This document shows positions 13,741-26,628 of a stretch of DNA of 64,000 nt, piece after piece. Every line of letters starts with the position of its first letter. The stretch's first letter is position 1. The notes under the pieces were generated by a model, which had not been told where the DNA came from, did no database searches, and was given only the letters and a program-made list of their open reading frames with translations. The translations under genes and the position numbers were made by a program. The stretch is from Iphione sp. A-MEVVRFRX5 (lineage: Eukaryota): positions 51,894,001-51,958,000 of the forward strand of contig OZ320321.1 in the NCBI GenBank assembly GCA_976226885.1, written 5' to 3'.

Positions 13741-16700
13741 TTGTACCAATGCAAGAGGCACCCGTGTCAGATGACCTTTCAGTCACCTAGTTAAAAATTA
13801 AATTCTATAGAAATGACGCACGAATCGAATCTGTCCTTATTGTCCTCCACGGTCGCAGAATGGAACGAGACAGGTCGCTTGCTTTCATCATCATGCCCAG
13901 ATTAGGATCTGTCGACTCCGATTTCAGAATCAGAATCCCCCGCCGGCTTTTTCCTTCATGACGCGGGCCGGATGATTAATGTGTGTGTTCCTCACAAGGT
14001 GGCCCCACAGTCAAAGACGCTGACAATTGGCCGGGGACGGGCGGTTCAAACAGCATTCTCTTTGCCACCGTCTGACCTGGGATTGGGCACCGCCGTCATC
14101 AGACCTTCCGTCCGATTCAAAGGCGCCGTCCTAGGAACACGCCTGCCACCCCGGGCTGCACATGGCCACATGCTACACGGATGCTTTTCAAGTGCTCCCT
14201 TTACGTTGTGCTCATTGCTGTCCTTCAGCTCGTATAATGGACCCAGGTGCAGATACTAGGCAGGAAACAGGAGGAAACGTAGCTAGACATTACTGAAGGG
14301 AGAAAGAAAGTCAACAGAATTTTAGACGTAAAAATATACATATATTTTTCACATTTAACTCATGTGGGGAATAACTTTGATGATTCATATAAAGCTCTCT
14401 AAAGAGGTAGGTGCTTAGTGAAATATCCATCCAATAGGACTACACGTCACAATGCTTACTCAGAGTATATTTTCAAAGAACAAACGAAAGGACGGCGAGA
14501 ATGAAGATAAGCAAGAACAAAATGGTTAACTCCAGACCAACACAACGGAGGCATACTGCAAAGTAGTTTTCAAAATATAAAGTGGGGTTATGTAGCCGCC
14601 CTTTATATTTTTGACACTTCTTGAATACCAGAAAGGTAGGCCTATGTGTCCGCGCCGCACCGCAACAGCAGTGTAAGCGTTTAAACGATTTATTCAATGT
14701 CCTGACCTGTTGTTAAAGTATTCTTCGTCAAAAAGGGCAACAGAAAATATATGCAAATGTCATTTTGAAAGAACGGTTCCGTGTCGTCAACCGACATTTC
14801 GCAATTTAAAAAAAGAACGAATCAAACAAGCCAGGAGTATTATCATCTATGAACCTTCTCATGTAAAATTTTATTCGAACACAAGGCCTAATCGCGAATG
14901 GCTGGATTTGAACGCCATGCCTCGTGACCTAGCACGGTGAAGAAATGGAAATGATGTTAAAACTCTTATCAGTGTTTAAAATTACACTGAACAAATCTCA
15001 AGAAAGAGTACAAGTAAACGAGGAAACTCCCTGTAAATCGATGGCAAGCACACAGCGGTTCGTAACCGGAACAGGAAGTGAAATGGGCGCACACAACTCA
15101 TGCCTACTAGGGTGTTTTGTATGTAGACGTGAATTCCTTTTTTCTCATTAAATTTTGGTTGTCCCTGTTCTTTTGCTGAAAGCTTCTTATTTCAAAACCA
15201 AGCTTATTGACCGTTCCGTTTCCATTAACTGCCATGTCAGACTAATCGATATCGCACTTCATACTCAATTTGCCGTGTATTTTTGACAATCACAATAAAC
15301 AATGTACGGCTCCTCATGTGCAGTATAAACCTCTGGAGCATACGTCCAATTTTTTTTTTTGGAAAACGCTGCGCCTTTAGGGGCTTCACAAATTGTGTTT
15401 ACCCGAGAGCCTCTGTATCAGGGCGCCTTCATCCGCACGCTATGCAACTGTCGCTCCCATCACCTGCCTTATATTCCTAATGCCAGTTATCATCCAGTCC
15501 TACGAATCTTAATCAGGACAGTGTCAGTCAAGCAAAGGCTTTACAAAGCGATTAAGCCGCCAGCCACCCTCTAAGTGCATGTCTACTTAGCTCTTTCTAT
15601 ATGAATATACGGTAGAGTAGAATTTCCCATTCTGGACAATCCTGCAATCAGGATATCGTATATTCTGTGCAGGTAAGATCCAGAATAAGCTTACATATAA
15701 TTTCGTCTAATATCTCCTGCTACTGAAGAAAACCCCAATCATGGAGGTGTTTGCCTCTGTCCCTTTGACATCTAACCAAGAGGGATGTTACGGAAAGTAG
15801 TTCTACATATCTATCTCACTGTAATCAAATTGGGATATTTTCCGAAATAAAACAAACTCTTAAAGAACAGAGGTGGCATTTCCATGGGAAAACCCTCTCT
15901 TTTCTAAAACCTCGCTGTGTAGGCATTGTCATTGAGAATCAAGTGATGTTACAATAGCGAGGGGTTACTGTGTACTGTGTTACACTTGACTATGACTACT
16001 GTTGATAACAGGATGGAACATTAAAATATTCCTTGAGCCATTCGTTCTTAAGAATATTTCTAGCGTGTAGGTCGTCCCATGTATTTCTTCTCAATTTACG
16101 GTTCTTGCGGCAGATGGAGATGACACAATCAACGTTATACAATTTACTTAGTTTAACAATGTTCAATTAGTACCTGAAACTTTCCTCATTTTCCTAATTA
16201 TCTGTTACGCATTGACCTTATACAGTGCATAAGGCATGTAGTTTCCTATTTACAGTTCGACAGGCTGTCTACATCCGCGGCCGTAAGCCGACAACCTGGA
16301 AGTGATATATTCAACGTCCTACCGCCAAGGAAGCCAACCATTTGCCACTTAGATTGCTGCATCTGCTGTTCACCTGCTGCCAGGTCGCCTTCTTTACTGC
16401 TTTCGAAGGGCCTGTTTCCTTTCTGATACCGTGGTCTCTTTCGGTGTTGACTAATGTCTCGCTCGCCTTGACTGCATGCTGTCGAAGGTGTGGAAAGTCG
16501 AGGGTGCTGATGCCTTGGCTTGTGCTACTTTAAGAGGCTGCATGTCCGTCTGTCCCATTGACCTTAACTGGTCATTCCTGCTGCTACTTGTCCCTGCTAC
16601 ATCCTTTGCCTCCCCCTAATGATAGTCTCTATGCTTGTACGGTGTCTGTATTGGTGATACCTTTGAGAAGAACAGATTATATTTGCTACATGTTAAAAGA

Positions 16701-18184
16701 AGTCCATAATAGAGACGCCTCTCAATTGGGGTCAGATCGGGTAGGAACAACCAAGGGTGCCCGAAAAAGAGACTTCCCACTGTATTACCCATATCTGCAG
16801 TTGTCCTCATTGTCAAAGCAGTATTTATTTTGTAAGGACACCTTCGACCGCATTGCGACCGAGTGTAAATATTTAAAGTGGGCAGAACATTGGGGACTGA
16901 TATTGTTCTTGAAAGCAGTATTCTCGAATAGGCAATGTCCAGAAAGACCCTGTGTTTGAGCAGCGCACCAGCGGAAGCTTTCGTCAAGAGATCGCCTGAG
17001 TAGCCCTGCTGTGACACCTGTTGCTCCGATGTGTCTGGAGAAAGAAGTCCGAGCATCCTGTTTTAAGGGACTACCCAAGTGAGATGCCAACCGTTGACAG
17101 GTTTCAGAAATGCAGTACCCTGCTTCGGTGTATTCAAATGGGAAACATCTGTGGTATCGACATTATCATGATTACGACTCAATATAAATACAAAATTGAC
17201 TGGGCTTTTCACATAATGTCTTCGTGCCTATTTGTGGTGCTTTTTTCCCCTTCATTTGGTCTAATATGTCAGCGACCCCCGCCAACAGCTCATGTCACAT
17301 TTGGTTGATCCAAGACTATTCCATATTAATGTCAGCATTTTTGGCATCTCACCGATGCGATCCCTTTAACACATCCGATGTGTTAGCGGTAATGGTAGAG
17401 CCTTAGGTGTCCGCCCAACGCCTAAGATAACACAATGAAAGCCCCTCGAGGACATCAGCCTTCTGCAGATAGCCACTCGAATTGACCTCAGTGGTTCTCG
17501 CATCACACAGTGGGTTCACCACTCGGCAAGAAATGGAATTTCCTCTCAAAGACTGACACATTTGCTGTCATGTTTGTGTTTGGTAGGGACTGGCTTCCTA
17601 CGGATAATGCCATGTCCCTCCTGGGAATCCTAATTATCAAGTCTGGGGGCCTGAAACCTAATAAAACCATCACCAGGATGTCCGCTCTTCAATTATTATG
17701 CAGCTTAATGGGGCTTCCATTTTGAATTAGATCATGACACTGCCCCCCCCTTGCTCCCTATTGGTAAATGATTCCCGGCCGCTTTTTGAAAACCTGCCTG
17801 ATCTTGACCATGCAGAAATGTGTTTCGAAACGGGAGGTAGAATTGTGTTTCGAAATGGGAGGTACAGCACGTTCACATCAGTGAGCTGTCTTTTCGTTTT
17901 GTTCGTTCTAGATGTAGGTGTCAGGGCCTTTGTGTGGTTCGTCTTGTAAATCAGACGGGGTGTGTATTTGGCCTGACAGTCATCCATATTATGTTCCTTT
18001 ATCCGAGGTCTCTATTACTTTATATGGGACGTTTCTATTATTGACAATGTCGGGCACACATTAAATATGGAAGCCATATGCAGCCTATTCTCCGTGCCTT
18101 TACTGGAAGGGAGTATCAACTATATCAACTAAGGCTGTGCAAATAATCGTCTGCTTTGTTGGTAGCTATTGCATTCTGACAATT

Positions 18185-18512
18185 TAGGCCTAAAAAAAGT
18201 TCCGTGTTTCTGGTAACATGGTGAAAAATTGAAGGGTTGGTCGGTAGGTGGTATTTTTATATTTTTCTTTTTTTTAAAAATGTTAATTAATACTCAAACT
18301 AACAAATGTATAAGATCAGTTCTACTGCTTATATTTTAATGAAATATATATCAAACAAAAGCTAGTGAGCGGAGGAACACAATAGTACATTGTGTACGTC
18401 TCTATCATTATTCAGTAAGGAGATATTTACAAAACCAAAAAAGAACTGTTCCATTGGCACTAAAACATGGGTCGGTCGGATTACCAGAAACAGATATTTT
18501 TTTATTAGGCCT
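18185..18512. mobile_element. MITE (~330 bp) with terminal inverted repeats
   Basis: Left TAGGCCTAAAAAAA..TGTTTCTGGTAA, right TTACCAGAAACA..TTTTTTATTAGGCCT; related copies elsewhere in the window. Confidence 0.75.
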
Positions 18513-20099
18513 CAGGTACAAATGTGCCAATTATACTGTCATTCTATCATGTGATACTCCGTATCTGTAATACATGTAAAGTGGAAAGTCTCTAATCAGG
18601 ACACTCCCGGTTGTTTCCAAAACTGTCTGTAATTAAGACAATTTTCTCTTAATATACATGTGTAATAAATAGGATCTGTTCTTTTTCAAGTATAACTGAT
18701 ATATGATTGTAGAAACATACGGGCTCTTCTCGAGCGGATGTACGTCACGCCGTTATGTAATTTATTGAGAACTACCCGTTAAACGATCTGTGGTATGCCT
18801 TTTCGTTATTACAGAAAATTATTTGGCCTACATAAGATAATGTATCTAATAACCGGTAAGTAAAGGACCAAACGTTTACAAATCATCACTTGCATCTTCA
18901 TCTCTAAAACACTAAATTTGTTATTGTTTTTTATATGCTGAAAGCAAATTAACGCCCACTATCCATGTACCCGTGTCTCTGTGTTGTGTGTTTACTGTGT
19001 TCATTTCTAGCAAAAAGAATAACAGCAGGAGTATTTCCATGCACGAGTGTAGGGTGGAGCATGGTAGACTATAGCCCAGATTCCATGTGTCCGGATGAAT
19101 CTGAGATTGTCTGGAAATTTGGTTGATTTTCCAGGCAATCACAGATGGACATAAAGGCCCAGTTTTCATGTACGTATACCTGGATTTTATCTCTTGTCCT
19201 TTTTGTGAGTGTGTGGAAATTTATACATAGATGTGAAAATGGCGAGTTTTTGTGGAAATTGTGATTGTGTACAGATTTGTGAAAATTGGAGCAAATCAAT
19301 GGAATTTGTGCATTTTTATGCAAATTATATGTAAATTAGGTATTTTTGTTCATCATCTAACATAATGTTGGACATAATGTTGGACAGTTTTCTTTAGCCT
19401 TGGCCTGGGAATAACCACCATTTTTATGCTACTAGTGAGTCCAGAATCCAGAGAAATTTATGGACTAGTTTTCCAACCCCTGAACACCTCAAGCCCCATG
19501 ACCTGCACACATAGAAACAGCCTCGTACTCAGTCTTCAGATCATTTTTCTTTCCACACCACATACTCCGGACTCATCCATACACATAGAAACCGGGGCTA
19601 TATTTTGAGGATGTTACATTGTAAATTACACATTCCATTGAGATCCGTGCTACCTGTATACATGTTCTGAATGGGAAATATGGTTATCTACTGAGTATGA
19701 ATATGCTACATGGACACACATGAGCACCGACATAATTGTGTGGAGACTATTCATGGTGCTCCACGGCTGTACAAACTACACAGGTACATGAATAGACCTA
19801 CATATTTACACAACCCGACAACATTAACACATTCAACCACGATTAGCTATACCAACACCAGATATTATCATGTCCCTGTTATTTTCATAGTCGGAAGCTA
19901 AAGCCATTTTCAGTTCTGTACTCTGCCGTTTTCCTGTATATAAACATATGGAGGTAAGGCATCGTAGATATAACGCTGACATGTAAATACGTGTGCATAA
20001 GCGTGTCGCTTGGCGTAATCCTGGTCAACTTGGCGCCGTGTGTTGGGACGGTGACTGGTAATAGTAAAACGTTGTTCAAATATGAGTCCTGGTGGCAGT

Positions 20100-20717
20100 T
20101 GTCGGAACAGGTCTGTGCTTAGGGAATTCCGCGAGCCTCGGCAGACAGGTCTATTGAGCACGCGGTGGCGGTGGCGGCGGCGGCGGTGCGCCTTGTCCAG
20201 CGCACTCACACCTGTTGAAGCACGGTCGCGTAAAGCAGGACCGGTGTAGGAGACGCCAGTGGCATTGGTGTGGTTCCTGGTGGGAGGAGGAGGAGGAGGA
20301 GAGCCATCGAAGCCGCCTTGACGGATGAGTGCCGCTCTGCCAGCCGGCAGCAACAGCATCAGTTGTCGGGAGACGGCCCGTCGGAAGGCTGGGCGCGCCG
20401 CTCACTCCTCTTCTTTCCCCACCTCGGGCTGGTCCTCTGCATTTTGTTGCTCACATGCGCTGAAGGCCTTGATGTGCGGCCCTGCGTGGACTGACAACTC
20501 ACCGAGGAGCAATCGAAATACGTGTTTATGTACACCGAAGTCAGCATGGAGCCAACGTAGTCTTGCCCTTTGAGGACACAGGAACGTTTGAAGACCACTC
20601 CACCTATTGGAACGGACACTGTGTTCTAACCCTGTCGTGCCACCCAAGGGACGTAAGCACCACTCTAGCAAACCCATCTCTGTAACGCACCCTTGAGGAC
20701 GTGCGTACGGCTCGGGC
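20100..20717 (+). promoter_or_regulatory. GC/CpG-rich promoter/5' leader region of the host gene (exon 1a)
   Basis: Local GC and CpG enrichment, (GGC)n at ~20161-20187 and (GGA)n at ~20283-20302, directly upstream of the first in-frame ATG; TSS not locatable. Confidence 0.45.
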
Positions 20718-21052
20718 ATGGAAAAGCATACCATAGCATTACCAGAATGGGCACAGAAAGTGCGCCGTCGGTCATTTTGTAGTAGCCCGACACGTCTCAC
20801 TGCCGACTCGCGTAAAAGCTCGCTGGGCGAACCGCCGCGCAGCGACGAGCGGCGACCAAGCGCTGAGCACCTCCTTCCCAAGGGTTTGTCCGTCGATGCG
20901 GGGAGCGGCATCCGCCGTCCATCCATCTGCATCACCATCCCGGACAGCTTTTCGCTGAGTCGTCGCGCTTCCATCGATGACGGCTGCCCGTCGCCGCGGT
21001 CGCCGCGATCGCCACGATCGCCGCGCTCACCGAGCAGGTCCGATAGTCAGAG
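20718..21052 (+). CDS. First coding exon 1a (111 aa, Ser/Arg/Pro-rich N-terminus) of the BAIAP3/Munc13-4-like gene
   Basis: ggcATGg start with in-frame TGA at 20694; donor AG|GTGAGC at 21052/21053, phase 2; joins in frame to exon 60373 giving ...SDSQ-R-VQESDG. Confidence 0.7.
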
Positions 21053-23769
21053 GTGAGCCGCTCGTATGTCCACAAGGCTCGATTTATTTTACGTGCATAG
21101 ATTGTGTCTTTATTCAGCAAGCTATCAACATGTACCACGTAAAACCTTTGTTCAGTTCTAAAAATTGGGTAAGGTGTGTCCTACTCCGATATCATAATTT
21201 CATATCCTATGCACTTAAGTATACCTTCCACCCTCGGCCCTCTGTTACCGTAGGTCGTGATGAACCGTAACAATTGGTATTATACACGCACCACACTTGC
21301 TAGATGATATAACAATGTCAATATTTTGTGTCAGAAGTTTTATCACGTAATGAAATGAAACCGGTCTGTTGCACGTAAATTCACCGCTCCTGAATTCCCT
21401 AGCCCCCTCAAAGTGTCGCCCACGCAGACTGATGAGGTTGTTCGTTGTCTTTTTCCCTCGCGCCTCTGTCGGTTCGCTTAGATCGTATCAGTTGTAAGTA
21501 TAATTAAAATCATCCAACTGGAGCAAAAATGTGGCAAGAGTCGTCAGCTTTGGTTCAGAACGATGTACATTTTCCCCATGGAATACCATGTTATGGGTTG
21601 GTGCGGCGCAGCGTAACGACCGACTATCCCCCGACAAGAAACTCAGCTTACCACAGATCCGTTAAAACATGGTAATGGGTGAATATTAATGATTTTCAGC
21701 ATTGCTGGTGGGGAGCATGATGGGGATGGGGTTTGCGGTCTGACCAGTAGCATGGTTAATTCCTTCTTCTGTGTTGAATGTCGGTTATAATCAGTTGGAG
21801 AACTACGCTCAATATAACAGCTATATAATGGCCACATAACCTACAGTTTATCTTCCACGTCAGAACATTCACACAGGAGGAGGTCACCTATTTATTATTG
21901 CGTAGAAACTATCGACATGTTAACCACAGCTTGTTGACAGCAGACATTAATATTGAGGCAGATGGCTGTATAATTTGGCAATCTTTCATGCAATTTATAA
22001 GAAAGTGAGAACGTGAGTGGTCTATGCTAAATATCATGTAGGCCTGAAAAATTATCCAAGCTCTTTTTGGTTGTATATATGGAAGTGTACTCAATTAAAA
22101 CCATGCCATCTTAACACACGAATAGCGAATTCACAATTAGTCTTGAAATCAATGATGTAATCCTGTGCATGCATATCCAGCCCATGAGGCATTTGCACCA
22201 TCACATCTGCGAGAAATGTTTTCAGGGCATGCATGCATTATACTTTAGGAATAGATTTGTTTCTTCCTACTTCACAGAGTAGGTATATTGGGTGGCCCAA
22301 TTTGACGACAGAATATAGTTCTCCTCGAATGCTATATACAGTGGATGAACCACACAGATCAGTAGATACTTTTCTCCTCTTTTTATAAATGACAGATGGT
22401 GTATATACATGCATATATATCATCTGCCATTTATAAAAAGAGGTCAGCACCAGTATATATTATGATGCATGGCCATGAATGCCGTGCTACCGTAGAGCGA
22501 ATTGACGCTTTGGAGATGGCGAGTAATGATAAGTATCAAGGTATCGAGGGAAATAAAGGCATCTGAAACAAGCTGACTGAAGCTGCAGTATGCCTGACAG
22601 GCTCGCCAGAACCTCTGCATTAGGCCTAGGCCTCGTGACTTAGCACGGCTCTGGTGGGGGTCTTAGTGCGAGAGTCCACTGCGCCAGTCTGAAACTCTAC
22701 TTCCCTCCATTTATTATTCGATGTTCTTTACCGCCGTATGCGAGCAACAGCCACCCAATCGCCAACCTCTAGTTCTATCAGACGGGAAAACACTTCAGGG
22801 ACATACGTCTGGGAAATTATTTGAATCTGCTGCGCTAAATGGGGAGGTCTGAGTGGCTGTAACACTGATACTGCCTGTTATCAGCTATAATACTGCCTGC
22901 ATGACATCCATTTGCTTTTGCTTCTAGGAAGAGATGAACTCACCGCATGAGGTGACACTTTCCATATTCATGCGGTAACTAATCCGTGTGGACTATGTGT
23001 GCTGTGTGCGTGTTCTTAATAGAATGGGCAGGTCCGACCTACGTGTGTGCATGTTTATAACATATTTTGGTTAGAACAACCAACGGATGGCTGGACACAT
23101 CTTAAGCGATGCAGTTGATAACCATCAACCAATATTTTGGTTAATTTTAACCAAATCGTGTTTTGAGTAAAGCCTGGTCTCCTATGCGGGTCTTAACGGT
23201 AGTTCCTGTCCACAAGTCTGTGGAGCTATTCTTACCTACCATAGATAGCAGCCCCAGCCTCTATTAAAACATCATCAGACAAAGCTGCTCCCATAGAGTT
23301 TCCTTAAAATATGGATCCGCCAAACTGACTATATTCGGTGCATCTAGACTAGGAGGGATATTGTTTTTCCTCAGGTGGAGGTATTGGGAAGGTCTTTCGC
23401 TTGAGGACATGAACAAGTATAGATTTTTCTACGGTATTTCCCAGTATAGGTGAGAAAGGGTCAATAATAGCCTGGTGAGTGGCACGTGGGGGGTCTCATC
23501 TTGTATTTGTCTATCTTCCGCCTGTTATCGATAAATACAAGCTCGTATCATGCTGGAGGAGAAGACTCGGCGACAAGATGAGAGGAAAATGTGATACATA
23601 TATAAATAGTTGTTAGTATCGATGGAAACTGATAATATGATAGCTGTGAGTGTACACTTGCAATTTAGGACTTATTAGTAAAACACATTTATGCGTTTAT
23701 GATGAATGTATATGACGTGATTGGGGTGAAGTGTGTCTTACTTTTTACCGCCTCTATGGGTCATATGTT

Positions 23770-25047
23770 AGTCAAAGTCAAAGAATGTTTATTCACAAGC
23801 TCTTTAGGCCAAAGCCCGAGGCCTTACAGTGAACATAAATAAAGAAAAGAAAAAGTAGAAACAAAAGAATGCATGTTGCATTAATAATGGAACAGTTTCT
23901 TTATACATTGTCGAAATGTATTCATCACTGATATCTGTCGTTGCCTGTACGTCAGGTTGTTCCACATCGTCATCCCTTTATAAATGAAGCTATTCCTCAT
24001 TAATACTCGATTTGGCTTTGGTATCTTCAAGCATCCTACATTCCTTGCTGGCCGTGTCCTCTTCACCTCTAGTTCGTTGATTCTTACCAGCCTGTGTATC
24101 AAACAGACAGTTTTTATGTTAGTAACAACATTTAGAGACGGTAATTTCAATCTTTGTCGCAGAGATAATGCTGAGATTGAGAAGGTGCGTGGATTCCCTA
24201 TTATTGTTCTTTTTAAAGCATTATTAAAGTCAATCTGAACTTCTAGCTGCAATTTCTTAGAGGCCCCTTGAACGAAGACCAGGCCATAGTGAAATATTGG
24301 TAAGACGAATGACTGGAATAATTGAACTCGGTATTTAAAGGGTAGTTGGCACGTAATTCTGGCTAAGCTATAGCTTCTCATTCTCACTCTTTTCCGTATT
24401 AGTTGAATATGGCTTTTCCAGCTTAGGTTACCATCTATCTGATATCCTAAGAACGATGCACAACTCACCTGGCGGATTTTTGAACCAGCAAGTACTAAAT
24501 CAAGATCATAGTCCATCGACTTACCAAATGGTAGATATTCAGTTTTTTTGGGGTTTATACACAACCCATTCTCTTCACTCCAATTCCAGATGTCCTTTAA
24601 GCCTCTTTTTAATTTGAGCTGCAATGCCATTATATTGCTTGCGGCAGTGTAGATGGTTATGTCGTCGGCATACATTAAGCATTTTGTGACTATTAAACTG
24701 TTTGGAATATCATTTACCATTACTGAAAAGAGCAGGGGCCCCAAGACACTGCCTTGGGGCACTCCATATTTAACTGGTACTATACTTGACTTGTGATTAT
24801 TACATTTAACAAACTGTTTCCTATTAGATAAGTATGACTTTAAGAAATTTAAACGTGACATGCCTATGGATAAACGATTTAATTTATTAAACAAGATTCC
24901 ATGATTTATAGTATCGAAAGCCTTCGACATATCCACCAACACTGCCCCAAAATGCGCTTGGCGGTCGAGAGCTTCATATGCCTCCTTTAGAAACAGTGCC
25001 AATGCAGTCTCAGTACCCTTCCCTTTACGTAACATCGAGTGTGGCAA
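23770..25047 (-). mobile_element. 5'-truncated non-LTR retrotransposon (CR1/L2/Crack group), intronic and antisense to the host gene
   Basis: RT ORF plus short 3'UTR; minus-strand AATAAA (23788-23793) followed by (TTTGAC)2 tail. Confidence 0.9.
23881..25047 (-). CDS. LINE ORF2 reverse transcriptase, C-terminal 388 aa (5'-truncated, no internal stops)
   Basis: KGKGTETAL, VDMSKAFDTINH, YGVPQGSVLGPLLF, YADD, FLGYQID, SFIYKGMTMWNNL motifs; no endonuclease domain and no ATG start. Confidence 0.9.
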   Translation of the reverse strand: MPHSMLRKGKGTETALALFLKEAYEALDRQAHFGAVLVDMSKAFDTINHGILFNKLNRLSIGMSRLNFLKSYLSNRKQFVKCNNHKSSIVPVKYGVPQGSVLGPLLFSVMVNDIPNSLIVTKCLMYADDITIYTAASNIMALQLKLKRGLKDIWNWSEENGLCINPKKTEYLPFGKSMDYDLDLVLAGSKIRQVSCASFLGYQIDGNLSWKSHIQLIRKRVRMRSYSLARITCQLPFKYRVQLFQSFVLPIFHYGLVFVQGASKKLQLEVQIDFNNALKRTIIGNPRTFSISALSLRQRLKLPSLNVVTNIKTVCLIHRLVRINELEVKRTRPARNVGCLKIPKPNRVLMRNSFIYKGMTMWNNLTYRQRQISVMNTFRQCIKKLFHY

Positions 25048-25723
25048 TGTGTCTTATTTCTTATGCGAAAGCTGCGGGAAAACCAAGATCAACTGAATAT
25101 TGTTATTGCACAGGTTCTCCTTAACCAAACATTCACAATGAAATGTTCTTCACGTCTTCGTTTGTAACGTAATTTCCTCTCTATTCAGGTGGTTATAACA
25201 TATAGGTATCATCGACTCGGATTACTAATGAATGTCTGTACCGTTTCCTGCCTTCACAGGCACAGGTCAGGTCAATAATAAGTGTCCCCTTTTTAAGCAT
25301 GGTTTAGAAGCGTGGGACATATCAGGCTGGAAATCTTTTTGCATTAACAAAAACAGAATGAACCTACGTTCTTGTGTTGACAAAAAAGAACAAATCATTC
25401 AGAGTGCATATTGTGCTGCAAGGTTAGCTCAGGCCCGACCGCATGCTCATTTTTTTCTGCAAAGTTCCTTTGTTGTTTTGGACAAAGCAGGACATGGAAC
25501 TACACCATCTGAAGCTCAGACAAGCAAAGCCATTTATTGTATTTTCAGAGCTACATTTACATACAACCAGGCGTGACAACTGTCACATACATCGCATCAG
25601 ATTCCTGGATTTCGATAAACATTCTATCTCCTTTCTTACCCAGTATTACAAACACATTTATCACACTATAATAACATATTGTCTCTCTCGTGATCTTCAT
25701 GATATCAGTAAGTAGTTCTGGTA

Positions 25724-25982
25724 CCGGGTCTATTCATAACTTCTCCATCACCATTGTTTGACCGATAAATACCTCTTAACAATATAACAATATGTAAGCA
25801 TACCTGACACCTCCACATGGATAGAACACCTGATTAAACACTTCATGCAATACCATATTGGCTTGTATTGATCACGAAACAAAAGCATTTATATATTTGC
25901 TAACAATGAACACTGAACACTTGCTTGATCAAAATATGAGGGGGAAGGCTGGAGAGCTAACCAGTGGTTTACCAGTGGTACA
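25724..25982 (+). repeat. Local direct duplication, copy 1 (259 bp; empty site for the solo LTR)
   Basis: Aligns end to end with 26629-27076 once the 185-bp insert and 4-bp TSD are removed. Confidence 0.9.
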
Positions 25983-26628
25983 CTTCTCCCCCCCCCCCTT
26001 CTTATAAGCTTTGTCTGCAAAGCTTGGATACTTCCATCTCTTAATCATGTAAGCAGTTTCCTCTCTTACATGGAGCATGCCTATCCAACTATGTGCCATT
26101 ACCCCAGTCTCTGGAAGGTAAACCCACTGTCTGGACATTCAATCTCCTCCACTAGATCATACAATTAAGTGTAATGCCAGTATAGCCGCAAGAACGTAAT
26201 GAATCACAGCACTTAAGAGACTTAACAGAAGGAGGAAATGGTAACCATGGAGCATGATGAGAGGCGGCCTTCGCCACCTTTCCAGGAGTCCTCAACTCTG
26301 GCCGGTTCACCGACAGGATTTCAGCCTTCCATGAACTGCGAGAAGGTCCATCAGAAGCTGATGGAGGAATTGATTGGCAACGAAGATCTGATCAAAAGAG
26401 AGTCAAAATGACTGACGATCTGATTAAGCATCTGAACCTGAGTGCCGAGTATGTGCTGAATTGATAGGAATTGGTTGATTGAAAGAGATTTTTGGGTTGC
26501 ACAACCCTTAAGAGTCTTGATTTTCTACCATGACACAAGTCAGGGAGAAGATCCTACCCTGGCACAGTCAGGCAGTCGACACTTGAGAAGGAAGAGGCAT
26601 GGCATCTGGAGGAGCAGAAACAATCACT

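Noticed and set aside
10599-13786. Leu/Ser/Phe-rich ORFs at 10599-11055 and 13400-13786
   Set aside because: Translations of CT/GA low-complexity tracts
16260-17480. Possible very decayed DIRS-like gag/RT remnants on the - strand
   Set aside because: Only vague similarity; no diagnostic motif such as YLDD, LPFG or HxxR
17727-17987. GGGSVMI resembling a Tc1 transposase motif
   Set aside because: Followed by a stop; no DDE context or TIRs
19910-20974. Minus-strand 149- and 190-aa ORFs and a signal-peptide-like + ORF at 20270-20494
   Set aside because: Expected shadows of the GC-rich leader and exon 1a; the + ORF has no ATG
22490-22780. Degenerate palindrome centred on AGGCCTAGGCCT
   Set aside because: Arm pairing too weak to call by eye
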